From assembly GCA_028873695.1 (NCBI GenBank), contig JAPPNU010000002.1:13728-77727 (forward strand): 64,000 nt of DNA, written 5' to 3'. This stretch comes from Gemmatimonadota bacterium. GTDB taxonomy: Bacteria; Latescibacterota; UBA2968; GCA-2709665. The position numbers and the translations under genes are program-made. Shown here piece by piece: positions 18,133 through 28,305 of this stretch; within the stretch, counting starts at the first letter, position 1; the number at the start of each line of letters is the position of its first letter. The notes beneath the pieces are model-generated. The model searched no databases and was not told the DNA's origin. It was given only the letters and a program-made list of their open reading frames with translations.

Positions 18133-18394
18133 GGCTGCGTCGTTGCGGCGATGGTCCACGACTCGGTTTCTCGGACACGGGCGTGCGATGAACCGCAGCC
18201 GAAAACCGACGTGGCCGTTCGCACACGGCATCATCTCGGCAGGGTTCAAAGATAGGGAATCAGTCAGGGGAATCCAATTGCAGACTGCCGCCCGGCATCG
18301 AAATGCGGATAGCGGAAACGCGCAATGGCGGTCGTCTGCGTGCGACGGAATCGGATGAATTCACAATGGCATCCAGTCGGTGGGAGATGAGGGT

Positions 18395-19432
18395 ATGAGG
18401 GGCGTCGTCTATCTCGGCGAGAGTGAAGTGGAAGTCAGGGAATTCGATCGGCCAGAACCCGGGCCCGGTCAGGTGGTCATCGAAATGAAGGTCGCGGGAT
18501 TGTGTGGCAGCGATCTGCACAAGTACCATAGCAGCCGGGCGTGGGCGAGCGAGCGGAAGGACATGATTTCCGGACACGAGCCGGCGGGTGTCGTGGCCGA
18601 AGTCGGTAAGGACGTCGTCAATGTATCCGAAGGCGACAGGGTCTGCGTCTATCACACGGTAGGGTGCGGTCATTGCGCGGTCTGTCTGTCCGGTACGCCG
18701 GTGTTCTGTTCGGACCAGGGTGCATTCGGCAGGACTCGCGACGGGTCCCACGCGGATTTCATGGTCACGGGCTCAAGGTACTGCATGCCGCTGCCCGATA
18801 GGGTCTCGTTTACGGTCGGCACGCAACTGGCATGTACCGCCGGGACAGCCTTTTCCGCCGTGAGCAAGGTTTCGAAACGTCACGGCGATCCGCTTGTGGT
18901 GTTCGGATTGGGTCCGGTGGGACTGACGACGCTATTGATGGGTGAGGCGATGGGATACAGGACGTTTGGCGTGGACATCAGTCCGTACAGGATTGATCTT
19001 GCGGGCCGTATCGGCGGCGGGGTTGTCATTGACGCAATGGAGAACGACCCGGTTGAAGCGGTCAGGGATCTGACGGGTGGAGATGGAGCGGCCGGGGTTG
19101 TGGAGTGCTCCGGGAGCGGCCTCGCACGCACGCAGGCGGCGTCGGTCGCAGGATTGCACGGGACGGTGGTCTACGTGGGCGCCGGCGCGTCAGCGCTCGA
19201 GATCGATTTTACGGATATTCTTCGGAAGGAACTGACGCTCAGGGGCAATTCTGTGTATTCGATGGGCGCCTATTTCGATGCCGTCGCCTTTCTGCAGACC
19301 CACCGGGTGCCGCTGGACGAAATCGTGACCCATCGCTTTCACATTGAACAGGCCAGGGAAGCATTCGAAATCTTCGATCGCGGTGACACGGGAAAAGTGG
19401 TTTTTGAATGGGACGACGGGATGGGTTCGTGA
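18395..19432 (+). CDS. Zn-dependent alcohol dehydrogenase (MDR family)
   Basis: GLCGSDLH, GHEPAG, CGHCAVC..C structural Zn, GLGPVG. Confidence 0.93.
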   Translation: MRGVVYLGESEVEVREFDRPEPGPGQVVIEMKVAGLCGSDLHKYHSSRAWASERKDMISGHEPAGVVAEVGKDVVNVSEGDRVCVYHTVGCGHCAVCLSGTPVFCSDQGAFGRTRDGSHADFMVTGSRYCMPLPDRVSFTVGTQLACTAGTAFSAVSKVSKRHGDPLVVFGLGPVGLTTLLMGEAMGYRTFGVDISPYRIDLAGRIGGGVVIDAMENDPVEAVRDLTGGDGAAGVVECSGSGLARTQAASVAGLHGTVVYVGAGASALEIDFTDILRKELTLRGNSVYSMGAYFDAVAFLQTHRVPLDEIVTHRFHIEQAREAFEIFDRGDTGKVVFEWDDGMGS

Positions 19433-19573
19433 GAACGGCTGCACGGCGACGTCCTTGATGGGATTCCCGTATTGTGCGTTAACCCACAGGGATATCGAGA
19501 TGTCGTGTCAAGACAGGCGCCGTGGTTCACGAGGAACTGGAATCCGGTAGTACAGGGAATGGAGGAAAGGAAA

Positions 19574-20623
19574 ATGCCAGAGAAAACGAGGGTGGGTATT
19601 ATCGGATGCGGCGGCATGGCCCGGTCGCATGCCAGCCGGATGAGCGAGGTGCTTCACCGGGTGGAGATTGCGGCCGTGGTGGACATCGATCTCGATCGGG
19701 CGCGGGCGGTCGCCGGACACTTTCCCAATAACCCCGTGGTTGCCGCCGATTTTGAGAAGGTCCTGGATCATGTCGACGCCGTTCTCGTGGTACTGCCCCA
19801 TCATCTTCACCACCCGGTTACGGTACGCTGCCTGGACGCGGGCAAGCACGTGCTGGTGGAAAAGCCGATGGCCAACAGCGAGCGGGAGTGCCTGGAGATG
19901 ATTGAAGCGGCGCAGCGGAACGACCGAGTGCTCATGGTGGCCTACTGCATGCGGTTTCATCCCCTGATACTGAAGTTCAAGGAAGTGGTGGACAAACGGA
20001 CGTTCGGCGAGGTCTTCCAGCTATCGATCTGGACCGAGCAGCATACGCAGCGTGAGCCGGATAGCTGGCACTGCCGGGCGGGTACTCTGGGCGGCGGTCA
20101 GTTCTTCAGCCATGGCTGTCACTACGTCGATCTGATGTTGTGGATGCTGGGTCGACCGGTGAAGGGCGTGCATCTGGGAACCAATCGAGGCACGCCGTGG
20201 ATGGAGCGGGAGGGGACCAGCAACGTGTGCCTGGAGTTCGAAGGCGGCATCCTGGGCTATCATTTCGGCACCTGGGGGGCTCGGGGCACCCGGCTCGGTT
20301 ACTCCTTTCACGCGCACTGCGAGAAGGGGATGGTGGAACTGCATCTGGCCACGGGGCGGGTGACTTACCTGGGCGACGTTGAAAAACACGTGCCCGGCGA
20401 ACACGATCCCGGGCAGCGGGAGATCGTATTGATGGAAGAAAAACACGCCAAGCCTACGGAAGTGGAGATGGCGCACTTTATCGATTGTATCGAGACCGGC
20501 CGGAAACCGCTGACCGACCCCGTATCCAGCCTTGAGGGACTGAAGGTAATATGGAAACTGTACGAGGCGGAGGAAAGCAACACGGTCGCAGACCTCAGGG
20601 GACTGGGGCTCGCAGTCCGTTGA
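19574..20623 (+). CDS. Gfo/Idh/MocA oxidoreductase
   Basis: IIGCGGMA, GKHVLVEKPMA, GCHYVD. Confidence 0.92.
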   Translation: MPEKTRVGIIGCGGMARSHASRMSEVLHRVEIAAVVDIDLDRARAVAGHFPNNPVVAADFEKVLDHVDAVLVVLPHHLHHPVTVRCLDAGKHVLVEKPMANSERECLEMIEAAQRNDRVLMVAYCMRFHPLILKFKEVVDKRTFGEVFQLSIWTEQHTQREPDSWHCRAGTLGGGQFFSHGCHYVDLMLWMLGRPVKGVHLGTNRGTPWMEREGTSNVCLEFEGGILGYHFGTWGARGTRLGYSFHAHCEKGMVELHLATGRVTYLGDVEKHVPGEHDPGQREIVLMEEKHAKPTEVEMAHFIDCIETGRKPLTDPVSSLEGLKVIWKLYEAEESNTVADLRGLGLAVR

Positions 20624-20773
20624 TAAAGTCGCTCTGCAGGCGAGGCGGAGCCATTGCGGTCGAAGACAAGGCGCGCGACCGAGTCCCATCCCTCGATTCG
20701 GCGAGGGAGCGCAACGCAGTATTTCGACCGCAATGGCCGGCCGTAGCCCGGATGGGCTTTATCAACGGGCTGC
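20612..20773. mobile_element. MITE-like element (162 bp) with terminal and internal inverted repeats
   Basis: GCAGTCCGTTGATAAAG / CTTTATCAACGGGCTGC (16 of 17 complementary); internal perfect 15-bp IR GCCATTGCGGTCGAA (20650-20664 / 20723-20737). Confidence 0.7.
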
Positions 20774-20887
20774 CAGGTACGATGGATGAAACGGGCGTCC
20801 GCGCGGCCGATTGACGAGTGTGCCGCGCCCTGTGCGGATTTCGCTGCAAAGAATCAGAACAAACTTCAATCAGGGGAGAAATTGCAT

Positions 20888-21856
20888 ATGGACCGTGTCG
20901 TGCTTGGGGAGAGCGGCCTTTCGGTATCTCCGATCGCCGTCGGCACCTGGCAGCTCAGTCCCCGGTTCTGGGGGCCGCAGTCGAAGGACGACGCGATGGC
21001 CGCGATGAAGTTCGCGTTTGATCGCGGGATCAACTTTTTCGATACGGCGGAAGCCTATGGCGATGGCTATGCCGAGACGGTTCTGGGTGAGGTCGTACGG
21101 GACCTGCCGAGGGACGAACTCGTGCTGGCAACCAAGGTATTCAACCATTTTAATCCCGACGGCTCCCGGTATCCCGATCTTTCGCCCGATCACATTACAG
21201 CGCGGTGCGACGTGTCGCTCGAACGGATGGGGGTCGAGACAATCGACCTGTATCTGCTGCACATGTACGACCCGCTGACGCCGCTTGCCGATATTGCCGG
21301 AACGCTGGAAAGACTTCGCGATCAGGGCAGGATTCGGTGCTATGGTCTCAGCAACCATACGGTGGAACAATGCCGGGCGCAGCGGCGCTTCGGCAGGTAC
21401 GACGTCGTGCAGCCTCCGTACAGCCTGATTGAACCGGCCGGAGAGAACGATCTGTTGCCCTGGTGCCAAACGGAGAATGTCGGCGTGATGATCTATTCGC
21501 CCATGCACAAGGGGCTGCTGAGCGGGAAATACACCGGAGAAGAGACCTTTGACGACTTCCGGATGAACCATCCCGATTTTCAGGGAGACCGGTTCAGGGA
21601 ACTGTGTGCGAAGGTGCAGAGCCTGAAGCCGATCGCGGAACGCAACGAGCTGACGATTTACCAGTTGGCGCTGTCCGCCACCCTGATGCATCCGGCGATT
21701 CACGTCGCCATCTGTGGCATCAAGACGCCGGATCAGATTGCCGAGGCCGTGGGAGCGGCGGGGAAGCGATTGTCACGCGAAGATTATTTCGCGGTGAGAA
21801 ATACGGTGGGGCCGGGCAGCCCGAAAATTGCAGATGCCAGCGGAAAGCGGAAGTGA
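20888..21856 (+). CDS. Aldo/keto reductase
   Basis: GINFFDTAEAYG, LATK, IDLYLLH, YSPMHKGLLSGK. Confidence 0.93.
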   Translation: MDRVVLGESGLSVSPIAVGTWQLSPRFWGPQSKDDAMAAMKFAFDRGINFFDTAEAYGDGYAETVLGEVVRDLPRDELVLATKVFNHFNPDGSRYPDLSPDHITARCDVSLERMGVETIDLYLLHMYDPLTPLADIAGTLERLRDQGRIRCYGLSNHTVEQCRAQRRFGRYDVVQPPYSLIEPAGENDLLPWCQTENVGVMIYSPMHKGLLSGKYTGEETFDDFRMNHPDFQGDRFRELCAKVQSLKPIAERNELTIYQLALSATLMHPAIHVAICGIKTPDQIAEAVGAAGKRLSREDYFAVRNTVGPGSPKIADASGKRK

Positions 21857-21931
21857 TTGCCGTCTTGTTCGGCGCGTTTGGGACGTCATAGCCATTGGTG
21901 AGCGGATTGTCGCGAGCGGTCCAGCGATATC

Positions 21932-24445
21932 CTACACCTCGATACAGATCGGCCCGCTCCCGGTTTGCCCCGGCAGCCGGGCTTCTGTTTTCCTGCCCCC
22001 GCGCGCGCGGTCGGGCGTGAGTTCGATACGGACGTCGACGTCCTGGCCGATATTATACACCGGTCGGCCTTCCAGCGTTTGATAGGCCACAGGTGGACAG
22101 GAGACCATTCGGATCGTGTCATCGTCGAAGACGGCCGACAGCGTCACCGGCCGTCCCGAACGGATGCGCATTCCGCGGCAACGGAATTCCGTCGCGTGGA
22201 CCAGGATGATGCTGCAGGGCTGTCCGGATGCGTTGCGGGAGACCGATGCAAAGCGCCCGGCCAGCATCAGACCGTCCGGGCCCGATCCGGTCTCGTAAAT
22301 CGCCTGCCTGCTGCCGCCATCGGCGTGTGCGATATGGACGGCCGCGACGGCATCTCCCGGAAGCGTCCGAACGTCCGAGACAACCGGTTCTTCGATGTAG
22401 GCCTCGTGGACGGCCACAAAGGGCGCGTCCGACTTCCGATGGCGAACCATCAGGCTGTGCCTTCCCGGATCGGGATAGGTGTTCAACAAAAAAGCGGACT
22501 GCCCGGGCGATCCTGACACCGTGACCCGGTTGAATGCGTCGTTTCGGCTGGCGCCGTTTCCCGCTTCAGATTCGGCCGGAACCCGCCAGGTCACCGAAAA
22601 CGTCTCCTCCGCAAGCCCCTCCATGTATCCCGGTTGACCTCGCATGACATAATCCGCCGGTTCGAATCCGGTCCTGTCATTCATTGCCAGACCGATCTGC
22701 GGCGCCTCTCCGATTCCGTGGTATAACCAATCGTGTATGTGCCCGCCCCGGACGCGGAAGATATCCAATAGGTACGCGTCGAATTGGATCAGGATCCGAC
22801 GGTAGACGTCGGTCTGCTCATACACCCGGTCGCCGTGGGCTTCGGCCACCTGACCCGCGGGCAGATCGACGAATGTGTGGATGCGCGGGACCTGTTCATC
22901 CCGAAGCTGGTCTCCGTGAACCTGTGAGATTTCATCTACGGTAACCGTATTGTGGGCGTACGAGGCGCCGCTGTAGATGCGTTGATCCGGGTCCTCGTAG
23001 CGGGTACGCTTTTCGCCGGTAAGCATCCGTCGGTGCGAGTAGGTGATCAGGTTAAGCCGGTCCGCGTGCGCGTGTCCGGAGCCTGGCAGAAGGGCGTTCA
23101 ACCCGGCGTACAGGCGGTTTGCGCCGGCTTCCCGCTTCAATGCCACGTACCCGCTGGAGAGGTTGGCGCTTCTGTAGGGTACGGGTCTCTTCTCGATATG
23201 GTCCGCGCCGAACAGGAGTCCGGTCAGTCCCCGGTCACCCTCCCGAAGCACGCGGTACGATCCCGTTTCTTCGATGTCCAGATAGCGATACCCGATTTCG
23301 GCCGTCAGCGGATAGCTGGCAAGGCTGGCGCGCCCTCCCATGTCTCCCGTCGGCGCTACGGTCAGATCCGGAAATGCCTGGGTCGTGAACCATTTGATGG
23401 CGCGGCGCACGGCGCGGTAACTGCTGTTCGTGGCGTCCAGTTCGTCATAGATCTCCGGGGGAAACAGGTCCGGCATCTGACGCGACAGCCTGTGGCCGAG
23501 TACGAGCGCGCGGCAGTTCGGACCGAGAGCGTAGAGATGGTACGCGCTGCACAGCCCCCAGAATCCCCCGTCCGCCAGATAGTTGTTGCGCGTCAGCCAG
23601 CGGATGCCGGAGTGGTTGGGTCGCCGTTCGAAAGCGTAATCCCGGTGACCGAACGCCCAGTCCACGTAGTCCGTGTCCTCGATCGCGCAGCCGACCATGG
23701 CGACCGAACTGAGATAGGCGAACATACCGTTGTGGCGCGGGCTGCTGTCCGCTTCGACGCGGAAGACCGCGTCCGCCCAGTGCTTGAGGAGGTCCTGCCG
23801 GATCCGCAGGCGTTCCTCAGCGGTGAAGAGGTCGTGCGTGGACCTGAGGAGTTCGTATGCCTCCGACAGTGCGAGAACGATGACGCAGTCGCCCTCCATG
23901 TTGTAGGTCCAGATCACATGCTGCGTGCCGCTCCCCTGCACGGGCAGGGCCTGGATGTGTCTGGCGAACAGATTCAGAATGCCCGCGCTCTTTTCGGCGT
24001 ACGAGCGGTCCCCGCCAAGTGCATACAAGAGCGCGAGGTGTTGCGCCGTGGTCGCCATGGCCTGGACGTAGGAGCAGCCCCAGCCTTCGTACAGGGTTCC
24101 GGAATACGCGCCGGTCAGATGTACCGCCGTGGACTGCTGATGCAGCGCGTGGGCGACGTCGCACCGGAGGCACCTGGCTTCACGGTCGTTGAACGGTTCA
24201 AACCTGAGCCTCTCCTGGCAGACCGGACAGATCATCAACCAGTAAACCTGCATCTTCCGTTTCGGCATCAGACTCTCGATTCGTTCGATCGGCTGCTCGA
24301 GCCACGGCTGCACGCTCGCGCGCAGTTCCTTCACGGCCTTCCTTGCCCAGTCGTGTCGTCGGACCTTCTGCCTGATCTCTTCAAGGGTTGCCACGTCCAC
24401 GAATCCGGCAGGGTGGATCCACGTTCGCATTTCAGAGCCTCCCAT
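21932..24445 (-). CDS. Heparinase II/III-family polysaccharide-lyase-like protein
   Basis: DGGFW..SAYH, GHAHAD, AHNTVTVDE, DIFRVRGG; N-terminal CPVC..CLRC. Confidence 0.8.
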   Translation of the reverse strand: MGGSEMRTWIHPAGFVDVATLEEIRQKVRRHDWARKAVKELRASVQPWLEQPIERIESLMPKRKMQVYWLMICPVCQERLRFEPFNDREARCLRCDVAHALHQQSTAVHLTGAYSGTLYEGWGCSYVQAMATTAQHLALLYALGGDRSYAEKSAGILNLFARHIQALPVQGSGTQHVIWTYNMEGDCVIVLALSEAYELLRSTHDLFTAEERLRIRQDLLKHWADAVFRVEADSSPRHNGMFAYLSSVAMVGCAIEDTDYVDWAFGHRDYAFERRPNHSGIRWLTRNNYLADGGFWGLCSAYHLYALGPNCRALVLGHRLSRQMPDLFPPEIYDELDATNSSYRAVRRAIKWFTTQAFPDLTVAPTGDMGGRASLASYPLTAEIGYRYLDIEETGSYRVLREGDRGLTGLLFGADHIEKRPVPYRSANLSSGYVALKREAGANRLYAGLNALLPGSGHAHADRLNLITYSHRRMLTGEKRTRYEDPDQRIYSGASYAHNTVTVDEISQVHGDQLRDEQVPRIHTFVDLPAGQVAEAHGDRVYEQTDVYRRILIQFDAYLLDIFRVRGGHIHDWLYHGIGEAPQIGLAMNDRTGFEPADYVMRGQPGYMEGLAEETFSVTWRVPAESEAGNGASRNDAFNRVTVSGSPGQSAFLLNTYPDPGRHSLMVRHRKSDAPFVAVHEAYIEEPVVSDVRTLPGDAVAAVHIAHADGGSRQAIYETGSGPDGLMLAGRFASVSRNASGQPCSIILVHATEFRCRGMRIRSGRPVTLSAVFDDDTIRMVSCPPVAYQTLEGRPVYNIGQDVDVRIELTPDRARGGRKTEARLPGQTGSGPICIEV

Positions 24446-24638
24446 CCCGCCACCTCCTTTGGTCTCAAGCGCCTTCTCCGGCTTTCCCGTTAGAAGACAA
24501 GATAACATCTGCGTGCCTTTCGGAAAGGACTATCCGATTCCGGGCGGGGACCCTTCGAAGGGCGTTTGCGCGACAATGGCGTTTGCATATATTTCGGTAG
24601 ACTGGGCTGATGACGAACCCTACTCCGGAGGAATTGAA

Positions 24639-25448
24639 ATGGGTATAACGGATGAAGAGAAGTTCAGGTTTGACCTGACGGGATTTCTCGTGCGACCCGC
24701 CATTCTGAGTCAGAGTGAGATTGAACCCATCGTCCGGCAGATCGATCGCATCGTTCACGATCCGGGCGCACTGCCGGCCGAACATCGCACGGTCCCGGGA
24801 GGTCCGTCGAGCGTACTGATCGATCACCCGAAAGTCGTGGAGGTGCTGCACGAGATTATCGGGCCCGAGGTCCGGATGGAAGGCTGTTACTGCGTCTGGC
24901 GAAAAAAAGGTCAGTCCCACGGCGGGGGCCTTCACGGCGGCGGTCCCAGCCAGATCGATCCGATATTCGGATACCGTTGCCAGAACGGGCGGATTCACGC
25001 GGGGATGGTACGCGTGGTCTTCGAGTTGACGGAAGTGCGTCCGGAAGATGGGGGCACGCATTTCATCGCTGGCAGCCATAAGTCGAATTTCGATATGCAT
25101 CCCGATCACCTTTCCATGGAGCCGGGAAAGCGAAGCCCGTTCCTGATGGGGTATGGATGCCCGGCAGGCAGCGCCGTGTTCTTCACGGAGAACGTGTGCC
25201 ACGTTGGACCGGAGTGGACCAGCGACAGTCCGCGCGTCGCCGTGCTGCATGCCTATTCGCACCTGGCAACGCACTGGCACCGGCTGAATGTGCCGCCCGA
25301 CGTACTCGACAGTCTGCCGCGAGAGAAACAGGCCTGGTTTCGCGAGCCGTGGATCGCCGATTTCCGTACCCGGCCGGCAACCCGGAATACACTGGACCAC
25401 TATATGGATTCGCAAGATCCAATGATGCGTACTTCCGTCGGGGATTGA
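24639..25448 (+). CDS. PhyH-like Fe(II)/2OG oxygenase (HxG variant)
   Basis: EKFRFDLTGFLV, LHGGG, DGGTHFIAGSHK, FFTENVCH; GGAGG RBS. Confidence 0.85.
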   Translation: MGITDEEKFRFDLTGFLVRPAILSQSEIEPIVRQIDRIVHDPGALPAEHRTVPGGPSSVLIDHPKVVEVLHEIIGPEVRMEGCYCVWRKKGQSHGGGLHGGGPSQIDPIFGYRCQNGRIHAGMVRVVFELTEVRPEDGGTHFIAGSHKSNFDMHPDHLSMEPGKRSPFLMGYGCPAGSAVFFTENVCHVGPEWTSDSPRVAVLHAYSHLATHWHRLNVPPDVLDSLPREKQAWFREPWIADFRTRPATRNTLDHYMDSQDPMMRTSVGD

Positions 25449-25550
25449 TGTGTCTTCCCGACTGGTCTTACTGTGAGCAGATGCCGGGCCGCCTGGCATA
25501 CGAGTGTCCCCAATGCCTGCGACCGTGCAAAGCGCGGCACGTAAGCCCGC

Positions 25551-26456
25551 ATGGTGCAAACGACGTTAAATGAAAGCGATACTACAATGGAAGATTATTC
25601 ACACGTTCGGAAGCCGGACACGGGATATCAGTACGAGTTTGAGGTAGAGGATCTGGATTCGATGAGCGAATGCCTGGAAGCCCACGGATTCGCGGTCATC
25701 AGAGACGTTCTGCCGCCGGAATGGGTTGAGAAGCTCAAGCAGGCGGTGTGGGACGGCACGGACCCGGACGGCGCGATTGCGTCGGGTCAGAGCCGTACGC
25801 GCCATGCGTGGATCGAGTCCGGACCGGGGGCATGGGCGCTCTTGGAGTACGAACCGTTCTTGGAAATTCACCGGCACTTGATCGGTACGGATGAACTGAC
25901 CGTACATCGGTCGGCTGCAATCATCCGGATGCCGGGATCCCAACCCGTGTCATGGCACACGGATTGGTGCGGTTATTCGACGGAGATTAGGAATTCGGGC
26001 GATATCCTGAATCGAGGTCTCTGGCCGTCGGGCAAGTGGTTTTATCTGACCGGATCCCGACCCGAACATGGCGGTTTGTGCGTCATCGAAGATTCTCACG
26101 TGGCAAACTGGGAAGGGCCGGAGGGGTTCAGGATGACGGCGGACAGGCGGTCATTCTATCCCGATGGCGAGGAAGAGCGACCGTATGCCGGGTTTGACAT
26201 TCCCGGACTCGTGCCGCTGTTCACACAGGGCGGCGATATGATCGTATTCGCCCACCGGACGTACCACGGCGCGTATCCAAACCGGACGGGGGAGTCGAGG
26301 CTGTCGTGTGCCATCGGATTCAGAGACCGCAGGCACAGAATCGACGTACCGTGGGAGATCCCGAAGTCGGGAAGATGGTTTCTGGAAAACCTGCCGGACC
26401 ATCTGGAGAAATATACGCATGGCTATACGAGCATCGACCTGGATTGGCGCGGATAG
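25551..26456 (+). CDS. PhyH-like Fe(II)/2OG oxygenase (canonical HxD)
   Basis: HGFAVIRDVL, WHTD, GGLCVIEDSH, FAHRTYHG..N...R; start may be ATG 25587. Confidence 0.85.
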   Translation: MVQTTLNESDTTMEDYSHVRKPDTGYQYEFEVEDLDSMSECLEAHGFAVIRDVLPPEWVEKLKQAVWDGTDPDGAIASGQSRTRHAWIESGPGAWALLEYEPFLEIHRHLIGTDELTVHRSAAIIRMPGSQPVSWHTDWCGYSTEIRNSGDILNRGLWPSGKWFYLTGSRPEHGGLCVIEDSHVANWEGPEGFRMTADRRSFYPDGEEERPYAGFDIPGLVPLFTQGGDMIVFAHRTYHGAYPNRTGESRLSCAIGFRDRRHRIDVPWEIPKSGRWFLENLPDHLEKYTHGYTSIDLDWRG

Positions 26457-26519
26457 AGGCAGGCAATTGTTGTCGCGCAGGAGTTACAACGGTCATGCCG
26501 CGTTGGGCCGAGGTGCGAC

Positions 26520-27428
26520 TTGAGGACGGTCTACGTGCTGCTGACGATGGACTGCGAGACCGCCAGGTCAGACCTGACGCCCTACGCGATCCGGATGTCC
26601 GGCAGCGGCCCGGCGGAATACAGGGAGAGCGCACGGTCCATTTGCGGCTATGCGGAGACGGCGGCGACGTATGGATATCCCGTCACCTTTCTGGCGCATC
26701 CCGAGGTGGCCGTCGAGAACGCCGACCTGCTCCTGGACCTGCGGGGTCGCGGCGCATGTCTGGGGCTTCATGTCCACCCGTACAAGCTCGGTTACCGGGA
26801 ATACAGGTACGACCTCGGGGCGTATTCCGCCGGAGAACAGACACGGATAATCAGCAACGCGATGCAGGTGTGGGAATCCGCGCTTGGCCATCCACCCCGT
26901 TATTTCAGGGCCGGATACTTTTCGGCAAGTGATGAGACGCCAGGCGTGCTGGAAGAACTGGGCTTTGCCGGGGGCAGTTTGTCCAACCCGGGGCGGGTCC
27001 TCCCCGGACACCACAGCGTATGGGCGGGAGCCGAGCCATATCCCCACCGGGCCCATCGGAATTGTCGCCTGATCAAGGGAGATCGCGATTTCATCAATGT
27101 GCCGGTGTCCGTGGCTTTCGGGAGACCGGTTCGACGGGGGCACGCGGGCGAGCGCGGCTACGAATGGTCGTACGTCCCTCATTCGTACGATCACCGTGCC
27201 GTCATTGAAAACGTGCTGGATCGTTTCCGTGTCGACGAACCCCGGTTTCCCGTGATTGTGACCGACAGCCACAACGACCGGGAATATCTCGATCCCGAAC
27301 ACCCGGCACGGTTGAATCTCGAGTTGATACTCAGTACGGTACGGGACACCTGCAGGCAGATGGGGATGCGTCCGGAGGGTGTAACCCTGGACGCATTGTG
27401 CAGGCTCGTCTTGGAGGACTCGCGGTGA
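26520..27428 (+). CDS. Polysaccharide deacetylase-like (CE4/NodB fold) protein
   Basis: LTMDCE, GLHVHP, FRAGYFS. Confidence 0.75.
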   Translation: MRTVYVLLTMDCETARSDLTPYAIRMSGSGPAEYRESARSICGYAETAATYGYPVTFLAHPEVAVENADLLLDLRGRGACLGLHVHPYKLGYREYRYDLGAYSAGEQTRIISNAMQVWESALGHPPRYFRAGYFSASDETPGVLEELGFAGGSLSNPGRVLPGHHSVWAGAEPYPHRAHRNCRLIKGDRDFINVPVSVAFGRPVRRGHAGERGYEWSYVPHSYDHRAVIENVLDRFRVDEPRFPVIVTDSHNDREYLDPEHPARLNLELILSTVRDTCRQMGMRPEGVTLDALCRLVLEDSR

Positions 27429-27454
27429 ATGAATAGATCGGACTTGTATCCAGA

Positions 27455-28294
27455 TTGGAGGAACCAGTGCGAATCGACTCTCACGTGCACGTGTGGACGA
27501 TGGGTTCGCCGCCGTTTACGCACAACGATGAAATGTCAACCAGTCGGCCGGAGTATCCGGGTCTGGTGGAGGATCTCATCAGATATATGGACCTGAACGG
27601 CATCGACCGGACCGTACTCATTCAGTGCATGTACCATGGTTACGACAACAGCTACATGTGTGACTGCATGAGGAGATTCCCAGATCGCCTGCACGGCGTG
27701 GCGCTGATCGACCCCGTTAGACCGGACGCGGCCGAAAAGCTGGAACGGCTCCACGGCGAGCACGGGGTGCAGGGGATGCGGTTGTATCCCATTAAGGATA
27801 AGGACGCATCCTGGTTGTACCGTGAGGATCAGACGGCGCTCTGGGAAACCGCGCAGCGGTTGGGCGTTCCGTTTACCTGGTTCGGTCGCTGCCAGCAGAT
27901 TCCGCTGCTGGAGCCGATGCTGGATCGATTCCCTGAGGTAAATGTCATTGTGGATCACCTGGGTGAACCCGTACTTGCGGAAGGCCCGGGCGGGAGTTTC
28001 CGGTACCTGCTCCAGGCCGCAAAGTATCCGAATCTCTACGTGAAGGCCACAAGGATCGACGGGATATCCACAAGACCCTGGCCGCACGAGGACGTTCATC
28101 CTTACGTTGAAGCCGTCTACAATGCTTTCGGGTCCCGCCGGATGCTGGGATGCACCGGGTTTCCCGAGGATCCCCAGCGGGGCGAGGCCGTCGGCTTCCG
28201 CGTGGTTGAAGAAGCGATGGATTTTCTTTCCGACGAAGACAAGGCATGGATATTGGGATTGACGGCGGATTCGCTCTACGGCCGCAATGTATAG
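27455..28294 (+). CDS. Amidohydrolase family 2 protein
   Basis: IDSHVHVW, GYDNSY, VDHLG, FGSRRMLG. Confidence 0.88.
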   Translation: MEEPVRIDSHVHVWTMGSPPFTHNDEMSTSRPEYPGLVEDLIRYMDLNGIDRTVLIQCMYHGYDNSYMCDCMRRFPDRLHGVALIDPVRPDAAEKLERLHGEHGVQGMRLYPIKDKDASWLYREDQTALWETAQRLGVPFTWFGRCQQIPLLEPMLDRFPEVNVIVDHLGEPVLAEGPGGSFRYLLQAAKYPNLYVKATRIDGISTRPWPHEDVHPYVEAVYNAFGSRRMLGCTGFPEDPQRGEAVGFRVVEEAMDFLSDEDKAWILGLTADSLYGRNV

Positions 28295-28305
28295 GAGAAA
28301 TCGCG

